64,000 bases of DNA from positions 3,100,001-3,164,000 of the forward strand of contig OZ218954.1 of NCBI GenBank assembly GCA_965112735.1, read 5' to 3'. Of this stretch, positions 35,547-64,000 are shown piece after piece. Numbering within the stretch: the stretch's first letter is position 1; every line of letters begins with the position of its first letter. Under the pieces are notes generated by a model. It was not told where the DNA came from. It saw nothing but the letters and a program-made list of their open reading frames with translations, and did not search any database. The stretch is from Phaeosaccion multiseriatum (taxonomy: Eukaryota; Protista; Ochrophyta, other classes). Made by a program: the position numbers and the translations under genes.

Positions 35547-35579
<33 letters not shown>

Positions 35580-37343
35580 TCGCCCATCCTTCCTGTCACC
35601 ACTACCCCCCACTGGAAAGCCCCTCTGGCCTTGTTGGGGGGGCGATTGGTGCTGCTGAGTGTGCCCCTGTTCCTGCCCGTGCCCTTCTCCTTGGCCCTGG
35701 CCCTGCTGCTGTATCACCGACTGCTGGCCCTGCTGCTGTATCACCAACTGCTGCTCATGTGTCTCTCGCTCCTGTTGCTGCCTCTTCTGCTTGTCCACAA
35801 GCTCAGTGAGAGCCGCACTGATCTCCTTCCATGTCGCTCCTCCCCTTCCTCCTCCTTCTCCTCCTCCTCCTCCTCCTCCTCCTCCTCCTCCTCCTCCTCC
35901 TCCTCCTCCTCCTCCTCCTCCTCCTCCTCCTCCTCCTCCTCCTCCTCCTCCTCCTCCTCCTCCTCCTCCTCCTCCTCGTCGTCGTCCTCCTCCTCCTCCT
36001 CCTCCTCCTCCATCACCACCACCACCCCCTGCTCCTCCCAAAGCCCTCTCCCCTAACCCCGGCTGAGGCTGCCCTACGGCCCCGCTGTGCCCTTGCTCTG
36101 GACTTGTCATTACTTCCCCAGTCCCCCCTCCAACCTCCAAAAGGAACAGCGAGTCTCTCTCCCCTCCTCCTCCTCCTCCTCCTCCTCCTCCTCCTCCTCC
36201 TCCTCCTCCTCCTCCTCCTCCTCCTCCTCCTCCTCCTCCGCCTCCTCCTCCTCCTCCTCCTCCTCCTCCTCCTCCTCTCCTCCTCCTCCTCCTCCTCCTC
36301 CTCCTCCTCCTCCTCCTCCTCCTCCTCCTCCTCCTCCTCCTCCTCCTCCTCCTCCTCCTCCTCCTCCTCCTCCTCCTCCTCCTCCTCCTCCTCCTCCTCC
36401 TCCTCCTCCTCCTCCTCCTCCTCCTCCTCCTCCTCCTCCTCCTCCTCCTCCTCCTCCTCCTCCTCCTCCTCCTCCTCCTCCTCCTCCTCCTCCTCCTCCT
36501 CCTCCTCCTCCTCCTCCTCCTCCTCCTCCTCCTCCTCCTCCTCCTCCTCCTCCTCCTCCTCTCCCCACTCCTCCTCCTCCTTCCCGTACCCGCCCCCTCT
36601 GACTGCTGACTTCATTCCCCCCACCTCTGCTGGCACTGCTCTTGTAAGCTTCTCTTCGCCGCCGCCGTCGGCGGAGTTTGTCCGAGCTCGAAGAAGAAGA
36701 ACGAGGACGAGGAGTAGATTCTTCAGATGGCGACGCTGCGCGAGTGCGTCTTGCGCCCCCCTTCTTCCCCCCAGCGTCCCACACCGTCATCACCACACCA
36801 TCACCGCCACCGTCACCACCACAGTCAACAGTTGGCGACACAGCAGGGGTTGGAGGTACATCAGCAGCACGAGGCTTGGGGTCGAGCGACCCTGAGCGAG
36901 ACAAGGGCCTTCTTCGCACCTGCTGCTGTACCACCAACTGCTGCTGCTGCTGCTGCTGCTGGACTAGAGACTTGGGTAACGCCTGCTGGATGCGCCGTTT
37001 CAGCACGACCCCCCCTCCTCCTCCTCCTCCTCCTCCTCCTCCTCCGCCTTGCCCCTGTCGCTGTGGACTGCTGCTCCCCATAGGACTGCTGATGTTGCTG
37101 TTGCTGCCGGTATCGCTGCTGCTTCGGCGGTGGCGGCGGCGCCGGCTGTTAGTGGAAGAAGCATCACGGAGGCAGCCCCCACGGGGTTCGTCGCCCACCG
37201 GCAGCGAGTATTCACCACTCTCTCCTCCTCCTCCTCCTCCTCCTCCTTCGCCTTCGAGCAGTGGCGATGTTGTCTTATGTGGCGGTGGATATGCCGGACT
37301 GGGCAGCCCTCTTTGTTGGATCACCAACTCCTCCTCCTCCAGT

Positions 37344-37411
<68 letters not shown>

Positions 37412-37598
37412 CTCCTCTCCCTGGTCCGGAAGCTTCATTCCTGCTGCGAATGCTGCTGCTGGTGCTGCTACTTGCATGGCACGTACACCACAACCAGTTT
37501 GAGTTTGCGTTCCAGTTGGAGGCTTACCCTTTTCCTCGCAAGCCCCTCCCGAATCCATCTCTGACTGCAGGTTTCGGACAACACCTTCCGCTCTTCCC

Positions 37599-37631
<33 letters not shown>

Positions 37632-38445
37632 TCCTGTATCACCAACTTGTGCTGCTGCCCCTTTCCCTCTAGCCATGAGGTCGTCCTCCTGCCACTACTA
37701 CGCCGACTGCCACTACCATTACCGCCGCCACCGCTCCCCCAATCCTCGCTGGCACTAGAGCTGCTTCTGAAGCCCCTCCCACCGTCCATCACAACCGGGT
37801 GCTGCCCATTCGCCGCCACCAAATGGCGAACGACGGGACCTGAACCACCAATTGGCGTACCACCGCCGCCGCCGCGCGAGGAGGCGTGTGTGGAGCGGAG
37901 GGGCGGCGTAGAGCTGCAGTCTCGCTGTTGTATCACCACCTGCCGATGGTGGTGGTGCCAGTACCCCGGCGCCGCTTGCTTGTTGTGATGGTTATGGTTG
38001 TGGTTTGTGGTGGTGGGAGGAGGAGACGAGCACGCACCCACCACCTTGCCCTCGATGTACTTGAAGACACGCCTAGGGGATGAGAGCCGTGACATGCTCT
38101 GTTGGGGTGGTGATACAGCAGTTGGTGATACAGTGCAGACAGATGGTGAGGGGACATGCAGCAGCAACATGTGAGCATTACAGCAGCAGAGTGTGATACA
38201 GCAGCAGTGTTTTTAGTATACAGCAATTGGTGATACGGCATGGGGCGGGATGATAGCCCGAAGGGAGGACAAGCGGGGACGGCCACCAAAGGGCGAAGTA
38301 GGTGGCGAGGAAGAGGGAGGGAGGGGGGGGGGGGGCAAAGGCAAGGCAAAGCAAAGGAAAGACCGCTAGGCTAAATACAAAAAAAAAAAACAGAAACACA
38401 CACACACACACACGCACACACACACGCACACACACACACACACAC

Positions 38446-38521
<76 letters not shown>

Positions 38522-39317
38522 CTCACCCGACTCTGGTCTCTGGCCGACGACTCCACAGCTCCCGCTCCTGCTGTACCTGCCCCATGGCCAGTGGTTGCTT
38601 CTTCCCTCGCGGCGGCCTTGGCTTGCATGAGCTCACCTTGGTCGAGGCGCTTCCTCCAATTCAGGTCCCAGTGCTTGAAGGGTCGAGCCAGCTTCCCATC
38701 CTTCTCCATCTGATCAAGCCGAGCCGGGCTGATGCACTTCGGGCTACCCTCTCCTCCTCCTCCTCCTCCTCCTCCTCCTCCTCCTCCTCCTCCTCCTCCT
38801 CCTCCTCCTCCTCCTCCTCCTCCTCCTGGCCTGCTGCTGCTACCGTCTCCGACATCACTAGTATACCCCCTTCGTCCTCTTGTTGTTGTCCTCCCTGCTG
38901 CTGCCCCAAAGCTACCACCACCGCGGTCGATACTGCAGGTGTCAAAGTGACTATCTTCACTGTCACTGTCTGCGTATCTATCTCGTCCTCCTCGTGCTCC
39001 TCTGTCACCTCCACTGCCCATGGGCGAGGCGGGCAGACTCCGACTGCTGCCCCTGCTGCTGCTGCTCCTCCTCCCACAGGAGGGGGACCGAATGCTCTTC
39101 CCAAGGGGGCTCCCCAGGGGATTCCCCAGGGGGCTTCCCCGGGGGGATGGGGATCGCTTCCTCAGTACCTCTTCCGGGGACGCCACAATGCCCGCCATAC
39201 CGAACAGTAGCCTCGGCCGTCCTCCACTTCCACCCCCATGTGCCCCCCTCTCACCAGCTGCTCTTGCTGCTGCAGTACCCTCTGCTGTTGTACCACCAGC
39301 TGCTGCTGGATCACCAA

Positions 39318-39357
<40 letters not shown>

Positions 39358-42339
39358 TGTTGCTGTATCACCAACTACTGCTGCTATTGCTAGTGCTTCC
39401 TCCTCCCCCCCTCCCGCCTCCTCCTCTGCTGTGTCTCCCCCGACCTCGACACGCAGCCCCATATTCCGAATATCGACTCGATTCCGAATATCGACTCGAT
39501 TCCCAATATCGGACTCATCACACGAGCTCTGGCTCTGGTACAGATTGTTGGGCGGCGGTGACATGCAGGTGCCAACTGTGATGCCGTTTCCCCCACCACT
39601 GCTGGCCGTATCACTACCACACGCATCAATTCCTCGTCTGAAATCCACCCTGCTGCTACTGCTGCTACTGCTCCTACTGCTCCTGCTGTTCCTATTGCTA
39701 CATCTGCCTCCTCCTCTTCCTCGGCTGTTGAGAGAGAGAGCCCCGCTCGTCCACATGATCGGTCTTAAGGGCATGCCGTCCAGAGTCTTCAGAGACGGCA
39801 CCAATTCAACGATGCTTTTTTTTTAGTTTTTGTTGTTGTTGTTGTTGTTGTAAGTCAGTCAGTCGAAGTGCATAGAGTGGAGAGAGGGCAGAGGGGGGGG
39901 GGGGGGGGCAGCGAAATAAGATCCAAGGTGAGCCAAAATCAAATTGCACTATCAGCAAGAGGCGGGTGAACGTCCCGCAGAAACACAAACATACACTGTA
40001 CTCATGCACACACACAAAACACACACAACACCCCCCTACTCTACTCGTACACACACACTCAGACACACAAATACATACACACACACACACAAATACACAC
40101 ACATACAAAAATACACAGAGAGCGTATACATAAATACACACACACTCAGACACCGAATACGCACACACACACAAATACACAAATACACACACAAATACAT
40201 AAATATAAATATACACACAAATACACACAAATACACACGGATCTCCCAGCAGCAGCCACTTACGCGGTTCTGTATCTCGGGGTTTGCGCCACGGCATTTC
40301 CCGCCAAATGCAGGCAGTGCAAGCGCTGACTCGGCACAGAGGCAAGAGGTACGAGACAGCGAAGAGCAACGACGCTATCGAGGCAGTTGTGGCGGAGGTC
40401 GAGGCGGCGAAGGGATTGGAGGTGCTCAAGGTTACAAGCGCTCTGTTGAGGGGGGGATGGGGGAGGAGAGGGGAGGAGAGGGGACGGAGGGAGGGAGGGA
40501 GGGAGGGTGCGTGGGACGGTGAGTGAGGGGAGGGGTGAGGAGGGGCGGGAGGCAGGGAGATATGACAACTTGGTGAATAACTTGGCACATGACTCCAAGG
40601 AAAAACAAAAAAGAAAAAACACACACACACACACACACACCTGGCGCTTCGTATGTCTTCCTTTTATCCGCACACACACGCACACACACAGCCACACACA
40701 CACACGCACACACACGCACACACACGCACACGCACACACACACACAAACCTTGAGTTCGTTTCCGCTGAGATCAAGCTCTTCCAACAGAGGGGTGGCGAG
40801 AGCCACAGCGATACGACTGATGGCATTGTCGCTGAGGATCAAGGTCCGGAGGGACACGCAGCGCTTGAGATTGCAGTCGAGTCGGGTGAGTCCCTCGTTG
40901 CCGGTCACTCGCAGCACAATCAGGGTGGAGAGTCTTCGGGCGGCGGACGGCAGCGCCAGGGTAGAGAGGGTTGTGACGCCACATCGGTCGAGCGTGAGAG
41001 ACACGAGACGTGTGGTAGCGGGCAGGGGGGCGGTGTGAAGACGAGGAGGAGGGCTTCTCATGCTGTCCTGCTGCTGTTGCTGCTGCTGTGGTGGCCCTCC
41101 TCCGACGTCTCCACTGCTCTCGGTGCCGCTGGAGGGGAAGCCAAACCTGTGCGACCCACCGCTCGTGTGGTGGTCGGCGGCGGTAGGAACCGTGTCCCTC
41201 CCCTCCCCCTCGGCGTCCGAGCTGGAGGCGAGCAAAGATACGAGGCTCTTGTGGTCAAGGACTTTGTCTGCGACTCGAACCTCCACCTCTCGAGGACCTC
41301 CCCCTCCCCCCCCCCCTTCCCTCCTCCTCCTCCTCCTCCTCCTCCTCCTCCTCCTCCCCCTCCTCCTCCTCCTCCTCCTCCTCCTCCTCCTCCTCCTCCT
41401 CCTCCTCCTCCTCCTCCTCCTCCTCCTCCTCCTCCCTCCTCCTCCTCCTCCTCCTCCTCCTCCTCCTCCTCCTCCTCCTCCTCCTCCTCCTCCTCCTCCT
41501 CCTCCTCCTCCTCCTCCTCCTCCTCCTCCTCCTCCTCCTCCTCCTCCTCCTCCTCCTCCTCCTCCTCCTCCTCCTCCTCCTCCTCCTCCTCCTCCTCCTC
41601 CTCCTCCTCCTCTTCCTCCTCCTCCACCACCCCCTCCTCCTCCCCCTCCTCCTCCCTCCTGCCGCTGTTGGTGGTACAGCGGCTGACACTGTTCCGTCTG
41701 CTGCGACAAGTCCACGTCGTCATGGTCGCCATCGTCGGTGCTGCTGCTGCTGCTGCTGCTGCCAATGCTGCACACATCAGGCACCTCCACCTCCACCTCC
41801 ACCGCCGCTGCTTCGGTCTCCATCTCCCTCTCGCCTCCTCTTTCTTCCCTATGCTCAATCCTGTCACCACCCTTCATCGGGTGGTCGATGATTCCGCCAG
41901 AGGCAGCAGAGGCGGTCGCTCTTGCTCCCGCAGTAGCGAAAGCAGTTTCGCGGCTCTTCCGTGCTGCGTCGGCGCGCGTCGATGAGGCACCCACGCGCCT
42001 CGACGGCGAGGCTGCGACTACAGCTGCTGCTGCTGGACATGCTCTTCCCAAGGCAACTTCCTCTTCCTCTTTCTCCTCGCCCCCACCGGATTGTGTATGA
42101 GTGGGCGCTGGCTCGCCTTCATGCTGTTGCTGCTGGTGTTGATGCTTCTGATACTGCAGCTGCATGGGCTCGTGCTGCTGGCGCTGCTGACGCTGCTGCT
42201 GCTGCTGCTTCTGGTCCTGCTGCTCGCCCTGCTGCATCGGCGAGGGCGAGGGTGGCTGCGCAAGCTGAACCACGTCAAACTCCCCTGCGTGCATCGCTCC
42301 ATCTTTCATTCCGACCGAGGGAATAATTGTCGTGTCCAT
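34578..42339 (-). CDS. Large low-complexity leucine-rich-repeat protein with U2A'-type LRR cap
   Basis: Exons 42339-40750, 40442-40264, 39814-38527 and 38098-34578; the last has an apparent 1-nt frameshift in the (GGA)n tract near 36277. LRRs: LRTLILSDNAI, LEELDLSGNEL, LRRLDLRHNCL, LHCLHLAGNAV. The cap YRTAIVELVPSLKTLDG forms across a splice junction. Poly-G/Q/A tracts; short C-terminal helical segment. Confidence 0.7.
36164..36560. repeat. (CCT)n trinucleotide tract, ~400 bp, inside the LRR gene exon (poly-Gly)
   Basis: Direct observation; similar tracts at 35850-36010 and 41320-41625. Confidence 0.95.
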
Positions 42340-42628
42340 GAGGAAGGAAAAAAAACAGAAAGGTGCTCTGCTCTGCCTCGGCTACACGCGATCACGGTGC
42401 GAGGGGTGCGACTGCTCCTCTACATCTCACATGATCTTCTTTGGACGTGGTGCCCTTGCGGCTTCGTTGGGTACTCACGCCCCTCCAGATCCCGGAGGAG
42501 GAGAGGTGGTGATGGTGGTCGAAATTGAATTTTTACACATTTTTACCGGAAAATTTTTGCACCTTTGGGATGGCACTAAATGTTCTCCGATTCTCCCTCT
42601 CTTCTCCCCCATTCCCCTTCACCTCTCC

Positions 42629-44819
42629 ATGCCGCTTCGGTGCTCGGCTGCGGGTTGCAAGCGGCCGCGGACACTTACATGCGAGGTAGGGAGGAGGAGG
42701 CGGGGTATACCCACTGCGCCGCGCCGCCCTGCACGTCCTCTCTTTTCGCCCTCATTCCTGGTGCTCCTGCTCCTCAGCTGCTCCACACCTGGCGGGAAGG
42801 CGAGGTGGGGGGGTAGTAGCAGTAGCAGCAGTAGTGGCAGTGGTAGTAGCGGTAGCGGTAGTAGGAGCGGGCCCAGCCTGAAGGTCCTTCGCGACACACT
42901 AGATGCGGACGCCTCCTCCTCCTCCTCCTCCTCCTCCTCCTCCTCCTCCGCCTCCTCCTCTACTCGAAAGAGTGTGGGTGAGTGGAAGCCTCTAAGTATT
43001 GCCGCCGGGGACGAGGAAGAGGTTGAAAAGAGAATCGTGCGCTTTGTTGGCTCCAGTGAGGTGAGATGGGCGAGGGTTTGGCCATGGCCAAGAGAGGAGG
43101 ACTGAGGCAGAGCAGGAAAGGGTCGAGGAGAGATGATTCGGGTTGCTTTCACGCAAGCAAGGTTTTTTTACCAAGAACACCTCACACATGAGCGCAATGC
43201 TGCTCTTGCTACCCCCCCCCCCTCTCTCCCTTCTCCCTCTCTCTCCCTCTCTGCCTCTGTGTCTATGTCTCACGAAATTGAACAGTTTGACGAGGAAATG
43301 CAAACAACCCTCATCGGCCTCATCGCAGACGACGAGAAGGCGCTGCGGGTGGAAGAGGTGAAGCAGGCATCGCGGCGGAGAGCACTGCTGGGGAGCGGCA
43401 CCACACTCATTCTCACCGGTGCCGTGGCCCTGATTCGCCTTGTGGAGGCAGTCTATAGACACACCTTTGGGGGTGGGGATGCACTGGAGGAGGGGGAGGA
43501 GGGGGGTGGGAGCCTACAGTTGGAGTGGGATGACTGGCAGCAGAAGAGAGGAATGACCCTGGAGGGAGGGAGGGAGAGGAGGCGGCGGAGTATTGAGGCG
43601 ACGTTCGGGCAGGAGGACTCACCGCGACTGCTCAAGGGAGGAGGGTTCATGGCAGCAGCAACAAAAGCAACAGTTGATGATGATACCACAGAGGGCTCCG
43701 AGCTGAGTGGGGGAGGAGGAGCAGAGGCGGAGGCAAGGTTGGGGGCAGGAGGGGAGAGCCGACAGAAGAGTGTCAGCAGCGAACAACAACCAACACCGCT
43801 GGTACCTCCAGCTCCGTCCTCTTCCTCCTCGTCTTCGGCTGCCACGACTCAGCCTACGGCCGCTGCGGATGGCGACCATGCAGACGGAGAAGTGGTGCGT
43901 GGAGGTGCAGAGGAGGAGGAACCCTCGGCAGCGGTCCTGATGCACAGCATTCAACAGGGCAACCAAGGCAGCCAATTGCAAAGAGTACGGCGCGACAGTG
44001 ACAAACAAGTAGTGCCACCTGTGAGCATCCGCACCAGAGTCCAACTCGTGAAGCGGGACCTGCGCGCCTCCCTGTCTCCTCTGGTGCGGATGGCAGTCCC
44101 TGTACTGCTGGGGCTGGGACTGAGCAACGTGTTGGTACCTGCGGTGGCGTCGCTTCTGATGGATGCCAAGGACGACTTGCTCTTTAGCGACGTACTTAGG
44201 GACAAGTACGCGGAGGTCAACACCATGGACATGATGGGGCGCATGGACGACGGTGGAGGAGGTGAGGGGTGGGGGAGAGGGATGGCAGTGGATGGAAAGG
44301 GAGGGAGGGAGGGAGGAAGAGGAGGGAAGAAGAGTTAGTGGTGTGTGTGTGTGTGTGTGTGTATGGTGTGAGGAATCGGGCGGCAGGAGAGAGGATGGCA
44401 GTGGATGGAGGGGAGGAAGAGAGTATAGCCTGCCTCGATGGACGTACAAAGAGTCGAATAGATCAGTCCAAGCCCACCAACCTTATCCATTCTCTCTCCC
44501 CCCATGCCCACACACACACACCACAACAGACACAATGAATGCTCCCATGATCAACGCTGACATGCTTCAAGAGACGCGTACCTCCTCCATCTCTCCGGAG
44601 GCGGCGAAACGCATGGAGGCAAGGAAAGTTCGTCTCTTCAAAGAGCCGCGGACGGCGCAAGAAGCACAAGAGAGGGAGGAGAAGGAAAAGGAGGGGAGGA
44701 GGAGGGGAGGAGGTGCTGGTGGAGATGGTGGAGACGAGGAGGATCAGCGCAGGAGAGAAGAGATGCAGCGGTTACTGGCGGAGCGCTTGAGGGAGGTGGT
44801 GCAGCAGCAGCAGCAATAG
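42629..44819 (+). CDS. Hypothetical membrane protein with two hydrophobic segments; 3 exons
   Basis: Exons 42629-43060, 43286-44261 and 44530-44819 join in frame through GT-AG introns. Hydrophobic stretches ALLGSGTTLILTGAVALIRLV and MAVPVLLGLGLSNVLVPAVASLLM. Start codon uncertain. Confidence 0.6.
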
Positions 44820-45329
44820 GTGTAGTAGTTGGTAATACAGCAACAGCAACAGCAGGAGCGATGTGCTATCAACAGTTTGAGTTTCAGTTCAGTAGACGTC
44901 GATCAGCGTCGAGATGTCGAGATGGTCAATGTCTCGATGGTATCGACACCGCTATGTATCAATCGCTCGACCTCGACTGTCAGTAGTCGACGAAAGAAGG
45001 GATACCTCTCTGTAGATTCGACCCCGACCTTAGTATGGTCGAAGATCGACCTCCCCATGCACTGTTCATCGGTCTCCACTTGGTTCAGCCCAGCATATCA
45101 GAGGCTCGACTACACCAAGTCGAGATGGATGGCAGTGGATGAGGAGGTCTAACTTCTTCTTCAATAATGTCGAGACAAACGTCGAGGAGGTCGACTTTCT
45201 TTCTCCGTGGGCTTGGAGGCCTGCTGCAACCTCCCATAACTTGTGCATCATGACTCCATATATGAATGAATGTCTCGATCGTAGTCGAAAGTCGATCTCC
45301 CCATCAACGGCCATCTCCCCTCCGATATC

Positions 45330-47405
45330 CTATCTCGACCCTGTGTAGTCGAGCAGGCCGGTCAGCTGAGAGGCCTGCTGCAGCACCTCCCCCACCACCT
45401 TGTGCATCATTGCAGTGTCGAATTGCGACAGCACTCGGGCAAAGTCCCGGCACAACTCCTGCTCCTCTTCCGTCATTTCGTAGGTGCCGTCCAGTGCCAT
45501 CACCTCGGCCTCCGTCAGCCCTTTGTACGGATCATCGTCGTCATCGTCGTCCTCCTCCCCTTCCCCCTCCCTCCCCTCCTCCTCGCCCCTCCCCCCCCCC
45601 TGGGGCTGGTCCTCGAGCGGCTTCTCTTTCTTCTTCTCCACATTCTTCTTTCCTCTGCTGTCACTGGGAGCCGTAGTCTTTGTGATTTGTGGTTTCGCCT
45701 TCTTGTGGGTCCTAATGCTACTGAAAGGCACCCCCCTCGACCACAACGCTGGTACTCCTTCTCGCATCGCTCTCCCCCCCCCCGCTCCTCGTTCTCGCCC
45801 CCCTTCTCGCACTTTCCCCCCTCCCCCACTCCCCCCTCCTCCCTTCTTTCCCTTCTGTTGATGGCCTCCTGTTTCGATGCAGCTCGCTCCTTCTCGCAGT
45901 ACTCTCCCCCCCCCCCCTCCACCCTTCCCCTTCTGCTGCTGGTCTCCTCTCTCCGCCCCTTGCAACACTCCAACCGAGGACGTAACCCCTCCCCCTGCTC
46001 TACCCCGCTCTCTTCTACTCCCACGATGCCCACTTGCCCCTCCTCCTGCGGATTGTGGTCTCTGAGTAGTCTGAGGAGCATGGTCGGCGGTCCCGAAGCG
46101 GGGGTTCCAGCTTCGCTCTCTGTCGGCAGTGTGGCGCACAGGGAGACAGATGAGCTCTGTTTCCGTTGCCCACGGAGGTTTTTTTCTGTGCAGAGAGAAA
46201 GAGAGAGGGAAGAGGGGGGAGGTAGGGAGAGGGAGGGAGCGAAAGAGGGGGAAGGAAGGGAGAGGGAGAGAGAGGGGGGTAGGTGGTGATGGAAATGGAA
46301 ATCAGAGCGCCAGAGCCCCCGAAAGGAGGAGCAAAAGATGGACACATGCTCCGACGCAAAGGCAGAGAGACAGGAGATGAACTACGCACGGAGGAAGGTA
46401 AGGACCGACCAAGGCAGAGGGAGGCCATACACATGGAGAAAGGAAAGAAAGGAAGGAAGGAAGGAAGAGGCTCGTCTCGTGTACGACAGCATTAGTGCAC
46501 ATACTTCGTGCTCCCTACAACAGAACCTGAGAGAAAAGAAAGCACGCTTGGAAGGAGAAAGAGGTGTGCGTTGAGGAGGGACGCTGGGTGGGAGTGGAGT
46601 GGGGTGGGCGGATGGAAAGTGAACCAGGGTGGCAGAAAAGACAAGTGCTTTCAAATGTTGTTGAGTGAACTTACAATACCGTCACAGGTGGACTGTTGTC
46701 TACCATCGACCTCTCCTGGTAGAGCTTGCTCAGGTGACTGCATAGTAGTAGTTCATCAATGAAAAGCAACAGAAGGAGGGGAGAGTGTGGCAGACCGGGG
46801 TGAAGCAAGAGTAGCGGAGGAGTGAGGGTGAGAGAGAGAGAAAGAGGGGAGATAGATGGCGAGAGAACGATGGAGTAAGAGAAAGACGCACCAAGAGGAA
46901 GAAGTAACTGCAAAATCCCTCTATTGACCCCCTTCATCTCGAGTGAAGGGGGGTTGTGGGGGTGAGGAGGAGGGACGAGAGACATCAATCACATCATCAA
47001 ATTGGCCATGCTGGAGCGCCTCTCATGCCACCATGAGTCTCTTAGTCAGCAAGGGCTCTACACTGCGCCTCGAGCACGCACCTGATGTGATACTTGTACG
47101 TCAAGTCGCTCTCCGAAGCGCTGTTGTGTTTCAAAGAAGAGACGGGCGCGTGGGGGTGAGCGAGTGCACCAGACGTCAGGTCAGAGGTGCAGCTCGCTTC
47201 AGGAACGCACAGAGAAGAAGAGCAGTACAAAAAAAATGGAAGGAAGGATCGCTTACTTGAGGTGGCTGCCCTGTCCTGTCCAGTTGATGCCCAGCTCCCC
47301 GGTCTTCTGCCTCCGTTGCCTCTCTCTAATGGCGTCGCCCATGCGAATGGGCTCATGCGACGACACCGTCGATGGCTCCCACTGCTGAGGTCGTTGTCGA
47401 CGCAT
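45330..47405 (-). CDS. Hypothetical protein, ~368 aa; 4 exons
   Basis: Proposed exons 47405-47257, 47120-47082, 46737-46675 and 46185-45330 give MRRQRPQQWEPSTVSSHEPIRMG...YKYHISHLSKLYQERSMVDNSPPVTVLKKPPW...DPYKGLTEAEVMALD...LCRDFARVLSQFDTAMMHKVVGEVLQQA. The exon structure is inferred. Confidence 0.55.
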
Positions 47406-47726
47406 GATCGGACGACAAACCTCGAGCACAAACGCGTGGAAGGAGACCGAGCGAACATTTCCAGAGACTCAGACGAGAAGTTGAAGCACCAACTGCTGCT
47501 TTCACAGAATTGGCGAAACGAAACCGTAGAACCCATCCCCAACTAGGGGAGGATGTGGCTAGCTTTATAAACAGGTATGATTGGGTAAGAAAGGAACCAG
47601 CCTGACCTCAACGAGGCTGCCACCCAAATCACCTAGAAGAGAGTTTCCCGAAGCCGCACAGACAAAAAGGTTTGACAATAAAACAGACGACAAGACAACG
47701 AGGAGGAGAGAAGAGGAAGCAGCAGA

Positions 47727-64000
<16,274 letters not shown>

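Overview
Eukaryotic nuclear DNA from an intron-rich photosynthetic stramenopile (ochrophyte). The assignment rests on an ASAFAP-type bipartite plastid-targeting peptide and a giant Vac8-like ARM protein. I manually spliced 10 protein-coding genes with about 88 spliceosomal introns: HADHA (-), plastid ATP sulfurylase (+), a secreted reprolysin-like metalloprotease (+), an SGNH/NXPE-like secreted protein (-), EFTUD2/Snu114 (+, 25 exons), an intronless putative GT-A glycosyltransferase (+), a long low-complexity LRR protein (-), two proteins of unknown function, and a giant armadillo-repeat protein that runs off the right end. Eight of the ten genes sit in tight head-to-head pairs. Most ORF-track entries are translations of microsatellites. 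The most striking unexplained structure is a polarised intron grammar. Several distinct microsatellites and longer words (GTTGGTGATACAG/CTGTATCACCAAC, GGATGGCAGTGG/CCACTGCCATCC, GTGTCAGGACAGAG/CTCTGTCCTGACAC, TTTCAGTTTCAG/CTGAAACTGAAA, GGGA/TCCC, GT/AC) occur in one orientation near 5' splice sites and as the reverse complement near 3' splice sites, in genes on both strands. Many acceptors lack a polypyrimidine tract. No rRNA, tRNA, CRISPR array or intact transposon was recognised. All coordinates come from manual reading and need RNA-seq confirmation.
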